Below, one piece after another: positions 1 to 8,134 of a DNA stretch of 39,490 nt (positions within the stretch are counted from its first letter, which is position 1; each line of letters starts with the position of its first letter). Position numbers and translations under genes: made by a program. The stretch lies in UHGV virus genome UHGV-0154499. One strand, written 5' to 3'. The notes under the pieces were generated by a model. It was not told the origin of the DNA. It saw only the letters and a list, made by a program, of their open reading frames with translations, and made no database searches. This stretch comes from a virus.

Positions 1-2887
1 GAACGAACTGGTTGGCGTTAAACCCGACGCGGGTGACTACCGGCTTACCCGCTTCGGCCAGCACGGCAATCGACATCCCGGCACCGTAAAAAATATCGTT
101 GATGCGCACTCCGACTTTCAGGGTATGAATGGCCGTAGCACTTGTAGCATCAACGGTGGCAGTGAGCTTATCCTCAAGCGAGGCGGTTACATCTTTAATC
201 TGCGCCTGCACCTGTGTGGACATTTCAGCCATCGCTTTATCAACATCAGCAATGGTCGTTTTAACCACCAGAATATCCGCACGTACCTCGCCGTACTGCG
301 CCCACTGGTGTTCCACGGTTGCATGGTTGGCCAGCGCGTTCTGCAATGCGGCTTCGAGGTTGGTATCAATGTCGCTTGTCAGGCGATCGCCGTCGGCAGA
401 CGTCAGGAAGTCATCAGCAATATCGCCCAGGTAGTCGTCAGCATTCGCATTAGATTCACCACGAACCCAGTCGGTCCAGCCTGATTCATTACCCGTTCTG
501 TCTACCAGCTGCGCGCGGTACCAGAATTCCTGCCCCGCCTTTAGTCCAAGTTGGGTGTATTCGGCTGACGGATAAGGCACATCCGACAGCAAAAGAGGAT
601 TAGAGAAATCACTGTTCGCGGTGTACTGAATTTCCGTTTTCAGTGTGTCCCCGGTGTTAGCCGGGAATCCCCAGTTCAGGCGAATCCCCCAGTTGATCGG
701 CGTTGTCGCAAAGCCGACAGGTTTTGGCGGATTTCCCACCTTACCCGTCAGCGTTTTTTCTTCGGAATAGCCCCAGCCAGAGGAAATTTCAGCGGCATTA
801 ATGGCACGCACACGCACGAGGTAGCGCCCTGCATAAATACCCGATACATCAAATGAGTTGGTGGAGCTGCGCGGCACGTTAACCCAGTTCCCGTCGTTGC
901 GGCGCCATTGCGCTTCATAGGAGATAGCGTTCTGCGCCTGGTCCCAGCTCACCCGCATGGTTTCGACGCTGATATTCTGCTGAACCACTGAAAACGAACT
1001 GATCACGATGTTGGCTGGCGGCGACTGGTTACCCGGCGGGATCACACTCACCGGCCGCTGGTCAATGATGGCTCCGGTATCAATACGGGCATATTTATCC
1101 GGGTCGTGCCATGCGCCGGTAATAGAGAAAGTGCCATCGCCATTATCGGAGACGCTGACAACACGATACTGCTGCGCGTAAAGCTCGTCCGACTCAACCA
1201 CCCAAACAGCTTCGGCCTGTGGCGTCTCACTGTATGCCGTAGTGACTGTGACTGATTGCCCGTTAACAGCCTGAATGGTCCTGCTCCGTGACGCGCCGGA
1301 GGGAAGATTGAGAATCAGACGATCACCAGCTACTGCATCCGCAACACGATCAAGCTTTATCACGCGACCGTTAACGGCGCTGATACGCCCGCCCAGAACT
1401 TTTCCGGACAGCAGTTCGTCTGACACGGCAATGATGTAGCCAGGCTGCGGAATGTTTCCGTCCAGGCCAACATCAAACGAAACAACGCGATCCTTATTGT
1501 TGGTGAGAATACCCCAGCGCCCCTTTCGGTTCGCTTCTGATTGCCGGTTGCAGCCGATGGCTGTCATTTCCAGCTGATTAAATCCGTAACGGGCCACCAG
1601 AGACTGCTCAAACACTGGCTCCATCGCATCCGCATAGGCGTTACCCGGATCAGACCAGGAAACCAGCGCCGTGGTATACCGCGTTTTTGTTGTACTGCTG
1701 GAATAGGTAAAGCGTCCGTCGATAACGTTAGCGCGGGTGTAAGCGTAATCCACATCTCTCGGCATATCGGCAAGCGCAACAATCTGATCACCGCCCCAGT
1801 ACGTCATACCCCGGAATATAGCCGCAAAGTCACGCAGCACGGTGTAAGCGTCATTCCTCTCCTGAACATAGACGTTACAGGTATAGCGTGGTTCGGTCCC
1901 GTTTCCACCCTTTCCATCCGGTACCGGCTGATCGCAATACTGCGATACCTGGTACAACGTCCATTTATCGATATTGGCGGCAGTCAGACGATTACCCAGA
2001 CCAAAGCGATCTGTAATCACAAGATCATAAAATATCCACGCCGGGTTATCGGTCCAGGCCCATTTAAACGCCCCTTGCCATGTACCGCTGTAAGTCCTCG
2101 TTTCAGGATCATAATTATCCGGCACACGGATCACGCGCATTTTTGGCTCGCAGGAAATCTGCGGGATAGAGCCATTGAACTGGCTTGAGTCGAACTCAAT
2201 GTAAAGCAGAGCGGTATTCGGATAACGTAATTTGGCGTCAATCACTTCCGTGAAGCTCTGCAGCGTCATTTTGTCACCGATCTTCGCGCTGTTTGCGTCA
2301 GCGGTAATCTTGCGTAACCGGATTGTCCAAGTGCTGCCAGCCTGTGGTAAATCAATACGGTGGCTGCGTTCGTAGCCTGAGGTGGTTTTCCCGGTTACGC
2401 TGGTATTCAGAACGGTTTGCCACGTACCACCATCGGTCTGCAGGTCTATCGCATAATTGACGGAATACCCAACCAGATCGCCGTTATCTTCCTGCTTAAA
2501 TAACGATGACCATTTCAGGCGCAGACGAACAGCTGAAAGCTGGGAATTGGTAAAGGTACGTGTCCATGCTGTTGCACTTGAAACCTCAGAGCCAACATTG
2601 ATCTCATTTTCAGTACCAGGGATACCCTGAATGTAATTCTGCGCCTGCGTCCCTGAACGGAACTCCCACACTACGCCACTGAAATTCTGCGAGCCATCCG
2701 CATTCTCAAGCGCGGTACCATCCAGATAAATATCCTTGCCAGTCAACTGTCCTGCGAACTCACCTTCTCCCAGCGCTACGAGTATTTTTGCCTTCGCTAC
2801 CGACTGCAGATCATCTGGCTGTTCGGTTGGGGTTCGGGAACTGGAACTGCCGCCCTTGCGGCCTTTAATCGTGGTTGCTAAAGCCAT
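1..2887 (-). CDS. J: Central tail fibre / host specificity protein J, partial (about 962 N-terminal codons; C-terminus lies beyond the window start)
   Basis: Manual translation of the minus strand from ATG near 2887 gives an uninterrupted frame to position 1 (MALATTIKGRKGGSSSSRTPTEQPDDLQS...), with fibronectin-like central and J-family motifs (YCDQPVPDG, TEPRYTCN). Missing from the ORF track because it has no stop in the window. Confidence 0.88.
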   Translation of the reverse strand, partial: MALATTIKGRKGGSSSSRTPTEQPDDLQSVAKAKILVALGEGEFAGQLTGKDIYLDGTALENADGSQNFSGVVWEFRSGTQAQNYIQGIPGTENEINVGSEVSSATAWTRTFTNSQLSAVRLRLKWSSLFKQEDNGDLVGYSVNYAIDLQTDGGTWQTVLNTSVTGKTTSGYERSHRIDLPQAGSTWTIRLRKITADANSAKIGDKMTLQSFTEVIDAKLRYPNTALLYIEFDSSQFNGSIPQISCEPKMRVIRVPDNYDPETRTYSGTWQGAFKWAWTDNPAWIFYDLVITDRFGLGNRLTAANIDKWTLYQVSQYCDQPVPDGKGGNGTEPRYTCNVYVQERNDAYTVLRDFAAIFRGMTYWGGDQIVALADMPRDVDYAYTRANVIDGRFTYSSSTTKTRYTTALVSWSDPGNAYADAMEPVFEQSLVARYGFNQLEMTAIGCNRQSEANRKGRWGILTNNKDRVVSFDVGLDGNIPQPGYIIAVSDELLSGKVLGGRISAVNGRVIKLDRVADAVAGDRLILNLPSGASRSRTIQAVNGQSVTVTTAYSETPQAEAVWVVESDELYAQQYRVVSVSDNGDGTFSITGAWHDPDKYARIDTGAIIDQRPVSVIPPGNQSPPANIVISSFSVVQQNISVETMRVSWDQAQNAISYEAQWRRNDGNWVNVPRSSTNSFDVSGIYAGRYLVRVRAINAAEISSGWGYSEEKTLTGKVGNPPKPVGFATTPINWGIRLNWGFPANTGDTLKTEIQYTANSDFSNPLLLSDVPYPSAEYTQLGLKAGQEFWYRAQLVDRTGNESGWTDWVRGESNANADDYLGDIADDFLTSADGDRLTSDIDTNLEAALQNALANHATVEHQWAQYGEVRADILVVKTTIADVDKAMAEMSTQVQAQIKDVTASLEDKLTATVDATSATAIHTLKVGVRINDIFYGAGMSIAVLAEAGKPVVTRVGFNANQFV

Positions 2888-2940
2888 ATCGCGCCCATAA
2901 AAAAAGCCACCCTGAGGTAGCCTGAGAAAAGAATTTTTTC

Positions 2941-3510
2941 TTACTGCTGATCTTCGACGTATATCCCAGCAGAAATAATCGCCCCACCAATTCGACGCTT
3001 ACCATACCCTAGGGGGACGGGATATCCCTGCGCCGCTGTATTAGTTACCCCGCCGAAAGCATACGAAGCGCGGTTATCTGCACTTTGTTTACTGGCAAGA
3101 CCTGATGGTTGTGGTGAGAGCATTTGAATAACTCCACCAGCAGCCAAAGAAATGCCTGCTGTAGCCACGTAATACTGCTGTGTTACAACCCCAACAACGA
3201 CCAAAGCAGCCCCAAGAATAGTTTGTAATAACCCTGCTTTTTTACTCCCAATAATTACAGGAACTATCCGTATAACCTCTCCTGTAACAGGATAACCAAG
3301 GTCACCCTCACCAATGTTTTTTTTCCCTTTAAATATGGCGTAAGTAAGCCCACGTCGTTTACTGGAGATCATATATTTCCGAAAACCATCTATGGTAGCC
3401 GAAAGAGCAACACCAGCTTCCTGCACATTGCTAATCAGTCGATGATGGGTCTTACCATAAATTTTCCCCAGATCTCCACCGAGTTCGATACGAGTCATTA
3501 CTTCAGTCAT
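2941..3510 (-). CDS. I: Tail assembly protein I
   Basis: Ubiquitin-like N-terminus (RIELGGDL), hydrophobic glycine-rich C-terminal half (GGVIQMLSPQ) as in lambda gpI. Start moved to the internal ATG at 3510, which has an AGAGG RBS; the track start at 3528 is TTG. Confidence 0.8.
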   Translation of the reverse strand: MTEVMTRIELGGDLGKIYGKTHHRLISNVQEAGVALSATIDGFRKYMISSKRRGLTYAIFKGKKNIGEGDLGYPVTGEVIRIVPVIIGSKKAGLLQTILGAALVVVGVVTQQYYVATAGISLAAGGVIQMLSPQPSGLASKQSADNRASYAFGGVTNTAAQGYPVPLGYGKRRIGGAIISAGIYVEDQQ

Positions 3511-3569
3511 TTGAACCTCTAAAAGCAAAAAACCCCGCCGTAGCGAGGTTTTGAAGAATATTAATTTGG

Positions 3570-3980
3570 TCAGAACGCCGTTGGGTGAATGCCAAAGTCG
3601 CCATTTGTTCCATAACCAATTCGGTACATGAGCGTGGCACTTTCAGTTACCTTGCCTGACTGTTCACTCATACCACCACCACATACACCTTTGGGCCATG
3701 CGCTAAAGATATGGTCACCTAATTTAGGGTAAACCGTTACCTTTTCAGCTGTATCTAAGTCCGCAACTTCTTTCCCATCAACATAGACACGAGTCAAACA
3801 TGCGCTACCCATAAATCCAGAATCCCTCTTGATGATCACCTTCCCTGTCCCATCATTTTTAACCAACATCGTATTGTCGATAATTTGTTTGACGGGAACA
3901 TCTTTTGCCTGCTCATTTGTTACCGGCTTAGTGGCGCAACCAACCATCAAAACTGCAAGTAGAATTATTCCTCTCTTCAT
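3570..3980 (-). CDS. Putative lipoprotein of unknown function (accessory gene; possible superinfection-exclusion protein)
   Basis: Internal start MKRGIILLAVLMVGC gives a signal peptide with a lipobox (LMVGC); the 19 residues upstream in the track ORF lack an RBS. No recognisable domain. Confidence 0.6.
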   Translation of the reverse strand: MKRGIILLAVLMVGCATKPVTNEQAKDVPVKQIIDNTMLVKNDGTGKVIIKRDSGFMGSACLTRVYVDGKEVADLDTAEKVTVYPKLGDHIFSAWPKGVCGGGMSEQSGKVTESATLMYRIGYGTNGDFGIHPTAF

Positions 3981-4020
3981 ATTCCTATCCCTTTGAGTCA
4001 ATTTGCTAAAATGGTAACAG

Positions 4021-4057
4021 GGAAAAGACAGCGACAAAACCCGCAGTTAAGCGGGTT
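4021..4057 (-). terminator. Rho-independent terminator downstream of the KilAC antirepressor gene
   Basis: Minus-strand hairpin AACCCGC-TTAAC-TGCGGGTT followed by TTTGTCGCTGTCTTTT. Confidence 0.5.
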
Positions 4058-4093
4058 GTGAGTAATACGATGAATACTTGAACTGTAGCCTGA

Positions 4094-4837
4094 TCAGGCC
4101 ACACTAGCCCCTTGGAGCAAATGTCGTAATGCCTTGATGCCTTCAGAGTTATAGCGAAACGCCTCAACCTGTTTATCGGAATGTTTCGACTTGTCGAGGA
4201 AGAATTTACCGTATTGCTCTGTTTTCAGATTGTGCTTGTTAGCCAAGCGACCAACCTTATTGGCAGAACAGCCGATCTCAGCAGCAACTTCTCCAGCGGT
4301 AGCGTAGTGTTCATCAATCAACGGCAAAGGCATGACCTCGTGCCCAAGCAGTGGATTAACAAGCGTTGCAACGATCACCTGGTTTGCTGATTCACCAAGT
4401 CTTGGGAACATTGACATCAACTCACGAGCTGAGGCGATATTTTTCTCCAGCGCCAGCGCTTTCAACTGCTCCGCCTTTGCACGTCGATATTCAGGAAGAC
4501 CCGAGCTATTTTGCGCTGAAATCTGGATAGCCTGCATATCTTCCAACTTATCAACTAGAGAACGTCGAACTGCTTTCGATTCACGAGCTGCTACGCGGAG
4601 GGCTTGCTTGATAGACATTGTAATTACTTCAATGTCTTGACCATTTTTACGACCTACACTTTTTGTGTAGGTCTCACCATCAAGCTCATCGACAACTTTC
4701 TCAATGAACTTGTTATTTCGGACAACCGGCTCACCGCACTGCTTTCGCGCGGCATTCACCATCTCCAGCAGGTACTGACTGTCAATGGTTTTCTCGGTGA
4801 CAACGCTACCCTTTGATGCTAAATTTAATGAAGTCAT
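4094..4837 (-). CDS. Phage antirepressor-like protein, KilA-C/ANT C-terminal domain
   Basis: C-terminal ATAGEVAAEIGCSANKVGRLANKHNL matches the KilAC (ANT) DNA-binding pattern; AAGGA RBS 9 nt upstream of the ATG. Confidence 0.65.
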   Translation of the reverse strand: MTSLNLASKGSVVTEKTIDSQYLLEMVNAARKQCGEPVVRNNKFIEKVVDELDGETYTKSVGRKNGQDIEVITMSIKQALRVAARESKAVRRSLVDKLEDMQAIQISAQNSSGLPEYRRAKAEQLKALALEKNIASARELMSMFPRLGESANQVIVATLVNPLLGHEVMPLPLIDEHYATAGEVAAEIGCSANKVGRLANKHNLKTEQYGKFFLDKSKHSDKQVEAFRYNSEGIKALRHLLQGASVA

Positions 4838-4864
4838 TAAGTGGTCCTTATGACGGTTTCATGG

Positions 4865-4899
4865 ATAGCCGATAGCTCGAACTATCGGCTATTCTTTTT
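4865..4899 (+). terminator. Perfect 11-bp inverted repeat with a plus-strand T-run (terminator-like, or a regulator binding site)
   Basis: ATAGCCGATAG-ctcgaa-CTATCGGCTAT followed by TCTTTTT, between the BRO-N and antirepressor genes. Confidence 0.4.
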
Positions 4900-4913
4900 G
4901 CATTTAAGCAAAT

Positions 4914-5495
4914 TCAATAAATCCTCGGTCGTTCTCCCTGTTGTAGTTGTTGATCAGCATATTCCTTAATCATATATATGAATGCCGCCCCATCATTAAA
5001 ACGATCATGAAGGCGACCAGCCAAAGGTGACTCTATTGCCCTCAAAGCTGGTTCTATCTGGTTAAACCATGCTTCACACATAACCTCGAAATAATCGAAC
5101 ATTGCGTTTGCATTGTGGGCGTGGATTTCACGATTGCTGAGCATCTTTGTTGCTGGAATGTTTATAGAAACCTCACGATCCAGAATGTCTAAAACCCAGC
5201 GTCGGAATTCTTTAGCAACTGGAGTTCTGGCAAACATAGCGACCATGTGTGCGCCACGTAGAGAAAAAACCCGAGTTTCCTGATTCCCACCAGGGGTGGT
5301 CAACCTGACCACCCTTGTCATTTTTTCTGTAAATTCATCACAATGCCTAGCATGTATGCGCTGTACAGCCTTATCGTCTGCATACTGAAGCGCAAAACCG
5401 ATCTGATTTGCGCTCAACCAAATTCCATCGATATCGGAGATGGTCTGAAAAGATACGCCTTGGAAGTTAAGCTCTGTTTTGGTTACACTATTCAT
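4914..5495 (-). CDS. BRO-N domain protein (phage antirepressor/regulator family)
   Basis: BRO-N-like N-terminus (ELNFQGVSFQTISDIDGIWLSANQIGFALQY...RVFSLRGAHMVAMFARTPVAKEFRRWVLDIL). Start set at the internal ATG (MNSVTK) with an AAGGAAA RBS; the track start at 5591 is GTG and overlaps the upstream small gene. Confidence 0.7.
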   Translation of the reverse strand: MNSVTKTELNFQGVSFQTISDIDGIWLSANQIGFALQYADDKAVQRIHARHCDEFTEKMTRVVRLTTPGGNQETRVFSLRGAHMVAMFARTPVAKEFRRWVLDILDREVSINIPATKMLSNREIHAHNANAMFDYFEVMCEAWFNQIEPALRAIESPLAGRLHDRFNDGAAFIYMIKEYADQQLQQGERPRIY

Positions 5496-5568
5496 GTCGA
5501 TATTTCCTTCGCGGGATTTGTTCGATAAGAAGCCCCGGCTATCGCAATTAGTTGGGGCTTCACTGTTT

Positions 5569-5736
5569 TTAAGCCTGAGCACTTTTTTCACCTGTCAAAC
5601 CATATGCCTTTCTCAGTTGGTAAATCAGTTCGGTATTGAACTGACGACATTCTTCCCCGCCATTCCTTTCAATCGCCTCGCGAACATCCTCCGGAATGCG
5701 AATTTTGCGCTGGTACATATCTTTCGCTTTTTGCAT
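5569..5736 (-). CDS. Small Arc-like ribbon-helix-helix protein (55 aa), not in the ORF track
   Basis: Manual translation MQKAKDMYQRKIRIPEDVREAIERNGGEECRQFNTELIYQLRKAYGLTGEKSAQA; strand-helix-helix pattern like Arc/Mnt; AAGGAG RBS 6 nt upstream; first gene of the minus-strand operon ahead of BRO-N. Confidence 0.55.
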   Translation of the reverse strand: MQKAKDMYQRKIRIPEDVREAIERNGGEECRQFNTELIYQLRKAYGLTGEKSAQA

Positions 5737-5854
5737 TTCATCTCCTTAAGCCCCACCGTGGGGCACTAAAAGTGTCACACCGTGCGTCATTGAAGTCAAC
5801 CCCACCGTGGGGCATAATTTACAAATTGTGAATTTTTAGAGGTCAAGCCAGCAA
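5737..5854. promoter_or_regulatory. Divergent promoter/operator region with two copies of the 13-bp palindrome CCCCAC-C-GTGGGG
   Basis: Palindromes at about 5751-5765 and 5800-5814. Plus-strand promoter TTGAAG-17 bp-CATAAT overlaps copy 2; minus-strand promoter TTGACT-17 bp-GACACT lies just upstream of copy 1. Confidence 0.55.
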
Positions 5855-6289
5855 ATGAGCAGAGAAGATCCACAGCTTAGAATCAGACTTCCTATTGAAT
5901 TGAAAGAAAAAATTGAGGAAGCAGCTAAGTCTAATAATCGCTCCATGAATGCAGAAATTGTTCAGCGTCTTGATGCCAGTTTCTTAAGCGAAATGCCGGT
6001 AGATGAATTAGTTTCAGCTGAAGAAGCCCTACTTATCGTAAGTCGCGCAAAGGATGAACTGTCAGGGATAATTTTCAAACGGACATTTTCCGTCATTAAC
6101 GAGAAGATCCGTATTGGGCACACTACATTCCATATCAGCCTTAGCGACTTAGACCTTGAAGGCTTGAGCGATGATGATTTTGAAGCTGTGTTTAAGTCTA
6201 CATTCTCCCGCCTAAAAAGCCTGGGTTACAACATTTGGGAGTCAAGCTGGGATGTGAACGGATTCATGGTTGAGATTCCTAAGAAATAG
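5855..6289 (+). CDS. Arc/Mnt-like ribbon-helix-helix repressor with a C-terminal extension (144 aa)
   Basis: N-terminus RIRLPIELKEKIEEAAKSNNRSMNAEIVQRLDASF is a canonical Arc/MetJ-family RHH motif; transcribed divergently from the small RHH/BRO operon. Confidence 0.7.
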   Translation: MSREDPQLRIRLPIELKEKIEEAAKSNNRSMNAEIVQRLDASFLSEMPVDELVSAEEALLIVSRAKDELSGIIFKRTFSVINEKIRIGHTTFHISLSDLDLEGLSDDDFEAVFKSTFSRLKSLGYNIWESSWDVNGFMVEIPKK

Positions 6290-6296
6290 ATTCACA

Positions 6297-6321
6297 GTAA
6301 AAGCCCACCTTATGTGGGCTT
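6297..6321. terminator. Bidirectional terminator between convergent gene K and the Arc-like gene
   Basis: AAAAGCCCAC-cttat-GTGGGCTT with U-runs on both strands; overlaps the K stop codon. Confidence 0.5.
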
Positions 6322-7030
6322 ATAAAAGATCCTTATACCGTAGAACCTTTGTCGTTCTTTCCTGCCAGTATCCCCCATACGGTACACGCTGACTCAAATG
6401 ACCATAAAGATGGTGGAGTAACATGTTACCTTCCAGCAGGATCCCTGCATGGTTCCACTTATTAGCCTGGACCTGCATGATAACCATATCACCTGGCTGC
6501 GGTACGCCACTGAATTCTCGGAATCCGCATTCATACCAGCAATCGTGGTAGAAATTTTCGGGGTAACTATCCTCCCACCAGGGATAATCCACGCGGTAAT
6601 CCGTCAGCTCAATGCTATGCGTTTGCCGGAAATAACTCATCACCAGCCCCCAGCAATCGAAATGGCCGAGCACGAACGGACGTTCCAGCAGCGGTAACTC
6701 GCCGCGCGGCTGAATGGTGCGTAAATCCCCTTCCGGCCAGCTGACGATATGCCAGGGAAGTAACGTAGCGTCACACTGTGCCTTATCCAGTTCGCTCGCC
6801 TGCGTCGTGGCATCCGGGTGGCTGTGGACAATGGCAATCACTGTTCCCCAGTCTTCGGCAGCGGCATAATCTTCCGGCGACAGGTGGAAATGCTCTGTTG
6901 GATCGGTTGCCAGATTACGGCAGGGAATGTACCGCTGCACCCTGCTTTTTTGCACCACTACGCCGCAGCTCTCCCGCGGATATTCAGCGGCAGCATGCGC
7001 CATAATGGCATTGATAATTCTCTGACGCAT
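6320..7030 (-). CDS. K: Tail assembly protein K (JAB/MPN plus NlpC/P60 domains)
   Basis: JAMM motif HSHPD and an NlpC/P60-like C-terminal half; sits between L and I as in lambda. Confidence 0.85.
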   Translation of the reverse strand: MRQRIINAIMAHAAAEYPRESCGVVVQKSRVQRYIPCRNLATDPTEHFHLSPEDYAAAEDWGTVIAIVHSHPDATTQASELDKAQCDATLLPWHIVSWPEGDLRTIQPRGELPLLERPFVLGHFDCWGLVMSYFRQTHSIELTDYRVDYPWWEDSYPENFYHDCWYECGFREFSGVPQPGDMVIMQVQANKWNHAGILLEGNMLLHHLYGHLSQRVPYGGYWQERTTKVLRYKDLL

Positions 7031-7031
7031 A

Positions 7032-7787
7032 TCAGCTCCTGATCAGGGATGTACCAGGGAAACCACCAAACGGTAACTCGTTCCCCACGCCATGTCGCAA
7101 CTTGCACGCAGTGAGCGTACCGGGGCATTCATCGAGCGAAGGATCGTTAACCGGGTTGTTGTGCTTGTCGAAATAACGCGTTCCGGCATAGTCACATCCA
7201 TCACCTGAGCGGTATTTGTTACGGATACACCAGGTACAAAGCGAATGTAGCTGGCGCGTCGGGATCATCAGTCCCTGCAGGTCCATTGGACTGGACAACG
7301 TAAACGCCACCACCTCGTTGGTTTCAGTGCTCTTGGCGTCAATGTAAAACACCTTCAGCTTTTCCTGCTGCGGATCCGCTGACGGGTTGCCCTCCGGATA
7401 GTTTTTCGCATCCAGATACTGCGCCAGCGTGTCATGAATCGTGACCTTTGCCTGCAGCAGGTCATCATAAGCAAGACACAGCGCCGTAATGGAACTATCC
7501 AGGTTAGCGACCGACAGCGTCGGCTGCGCGCTGGTCCCGTCGGTCGCCGTCTCAATACCCTCGATCTGGCAGGGCCAGGCTTTATATTCCTGCCCCTGCC
7601 ACCAGATTGATTTCGCCGGTAGCTTATTTTCATCTCCACCAGCAGCGGCAATTTCATCGGGAGTGTGGGCAATGTTGTGGGCGTGGAAGCGGAGAACGTC
7701 GGAAACACCAAATGCGGTGCCATCGACATCAAAAAGCCGGACAACATTGCCCGGCTCAAGTTTCTGGTAATCACTGTTTAAGCTCAT
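7032..7787 (-). CDS. L: Minor tail protein L
   Basis: Position and size as lambda gpL; C-terminal Cys cluster (CTWCIRNKYRSGDGCDYAG) typical of gpL. Confidence 0.85.
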   Translation of the reverse strand: MSLNSDYQKLEPGNVVRLFDVDGTAFGVSDVLRFHAHNIAHTPDEIAAAGGDENKLPAKSIWWQGQEYKAWPCQIEGIETATDGTSAQPTLSVANLDSSITALCLAYDDLLQAKVTIHDTLAQYLDAKNYPEGNPSADPQQEKLKVFYIDAKSTETNEVVAFTLSSPMDLQGLMIPTRQLHSLCTWCIRNKYRSGDGCDYAGTRYFDKHNNPVNDPSLDECPGTLTACKLRHGVGNELPFGGFPGTSLIRS

Positions 7788-8131
7788 GGTGCAAACGCCT
7801 GTTCAAAGGTGGCTGATACGGTTTCCACCGTTTTACTTTTGGTGACGCGCTGCAGGCTGTCTGCCTCAACGCGCCAAAGCGCAAGATCACCGCCTGGCGG
7901 GGTAAACGAAAATGATTTCGTCTTATGGCGCCGCAGAAAAGCATAGATATCCTTGACGGTTCCCGGTTCGCCGGTAAATGAAAACTCATAGCTGAGCGTT
8001 TCATCATTCATCCCGGCACCTGACACCTGCTTATAGCCATCACCAAACTGTGCCGTGCGGACGGTATCCTTACTTTTCAGGGTCGGCTGGCTGGATGCTT
8101 TAATCCGCCACGCAAAATGCTCGATCGCCAT
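7784..8131 (-). CDS. M: Minor tail protein M
   Basis: FGDGY motif and size of lambda gpM; 4-nt overlaps with neighbouring genes. Confidence 0.82.
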   Translation of the reverse strand: MAIEHFAWRIKASSQPTLKSKDTVRTAQFGDGYKQVSGAGMNDETLSYEFSFTGEPGTVKDIYAFLRRHKTKSFSFTPPGGDLALWRVEADSLQRVTKSKTVETVSATFEQAFAP

Positions 8132-8134
8132 TGC

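Noticed and set aside
125-484. Plus-strand ORFs of 119 and 101 aa, and a 60-aa minus-strand ORF, near the left edge
   Set aside because: They lie inside and antisense or out of frame to the long uninterrupted J reading frame; low-complexity translations.
1541-2188. Plus-strand 215-aa ORF
   Set aside because: Antisense to gene J; no RBS; shadow ORF in a GC-rich coding region.
4914-5591. Full-length 225-aa form of the BRO-N ORF
   Set aside because: Its GTG start overlaps the newly recognised small RHH gene (5569-5736); the internal ATG at 5495 with an RBS fits the BRO-N domain boundary.
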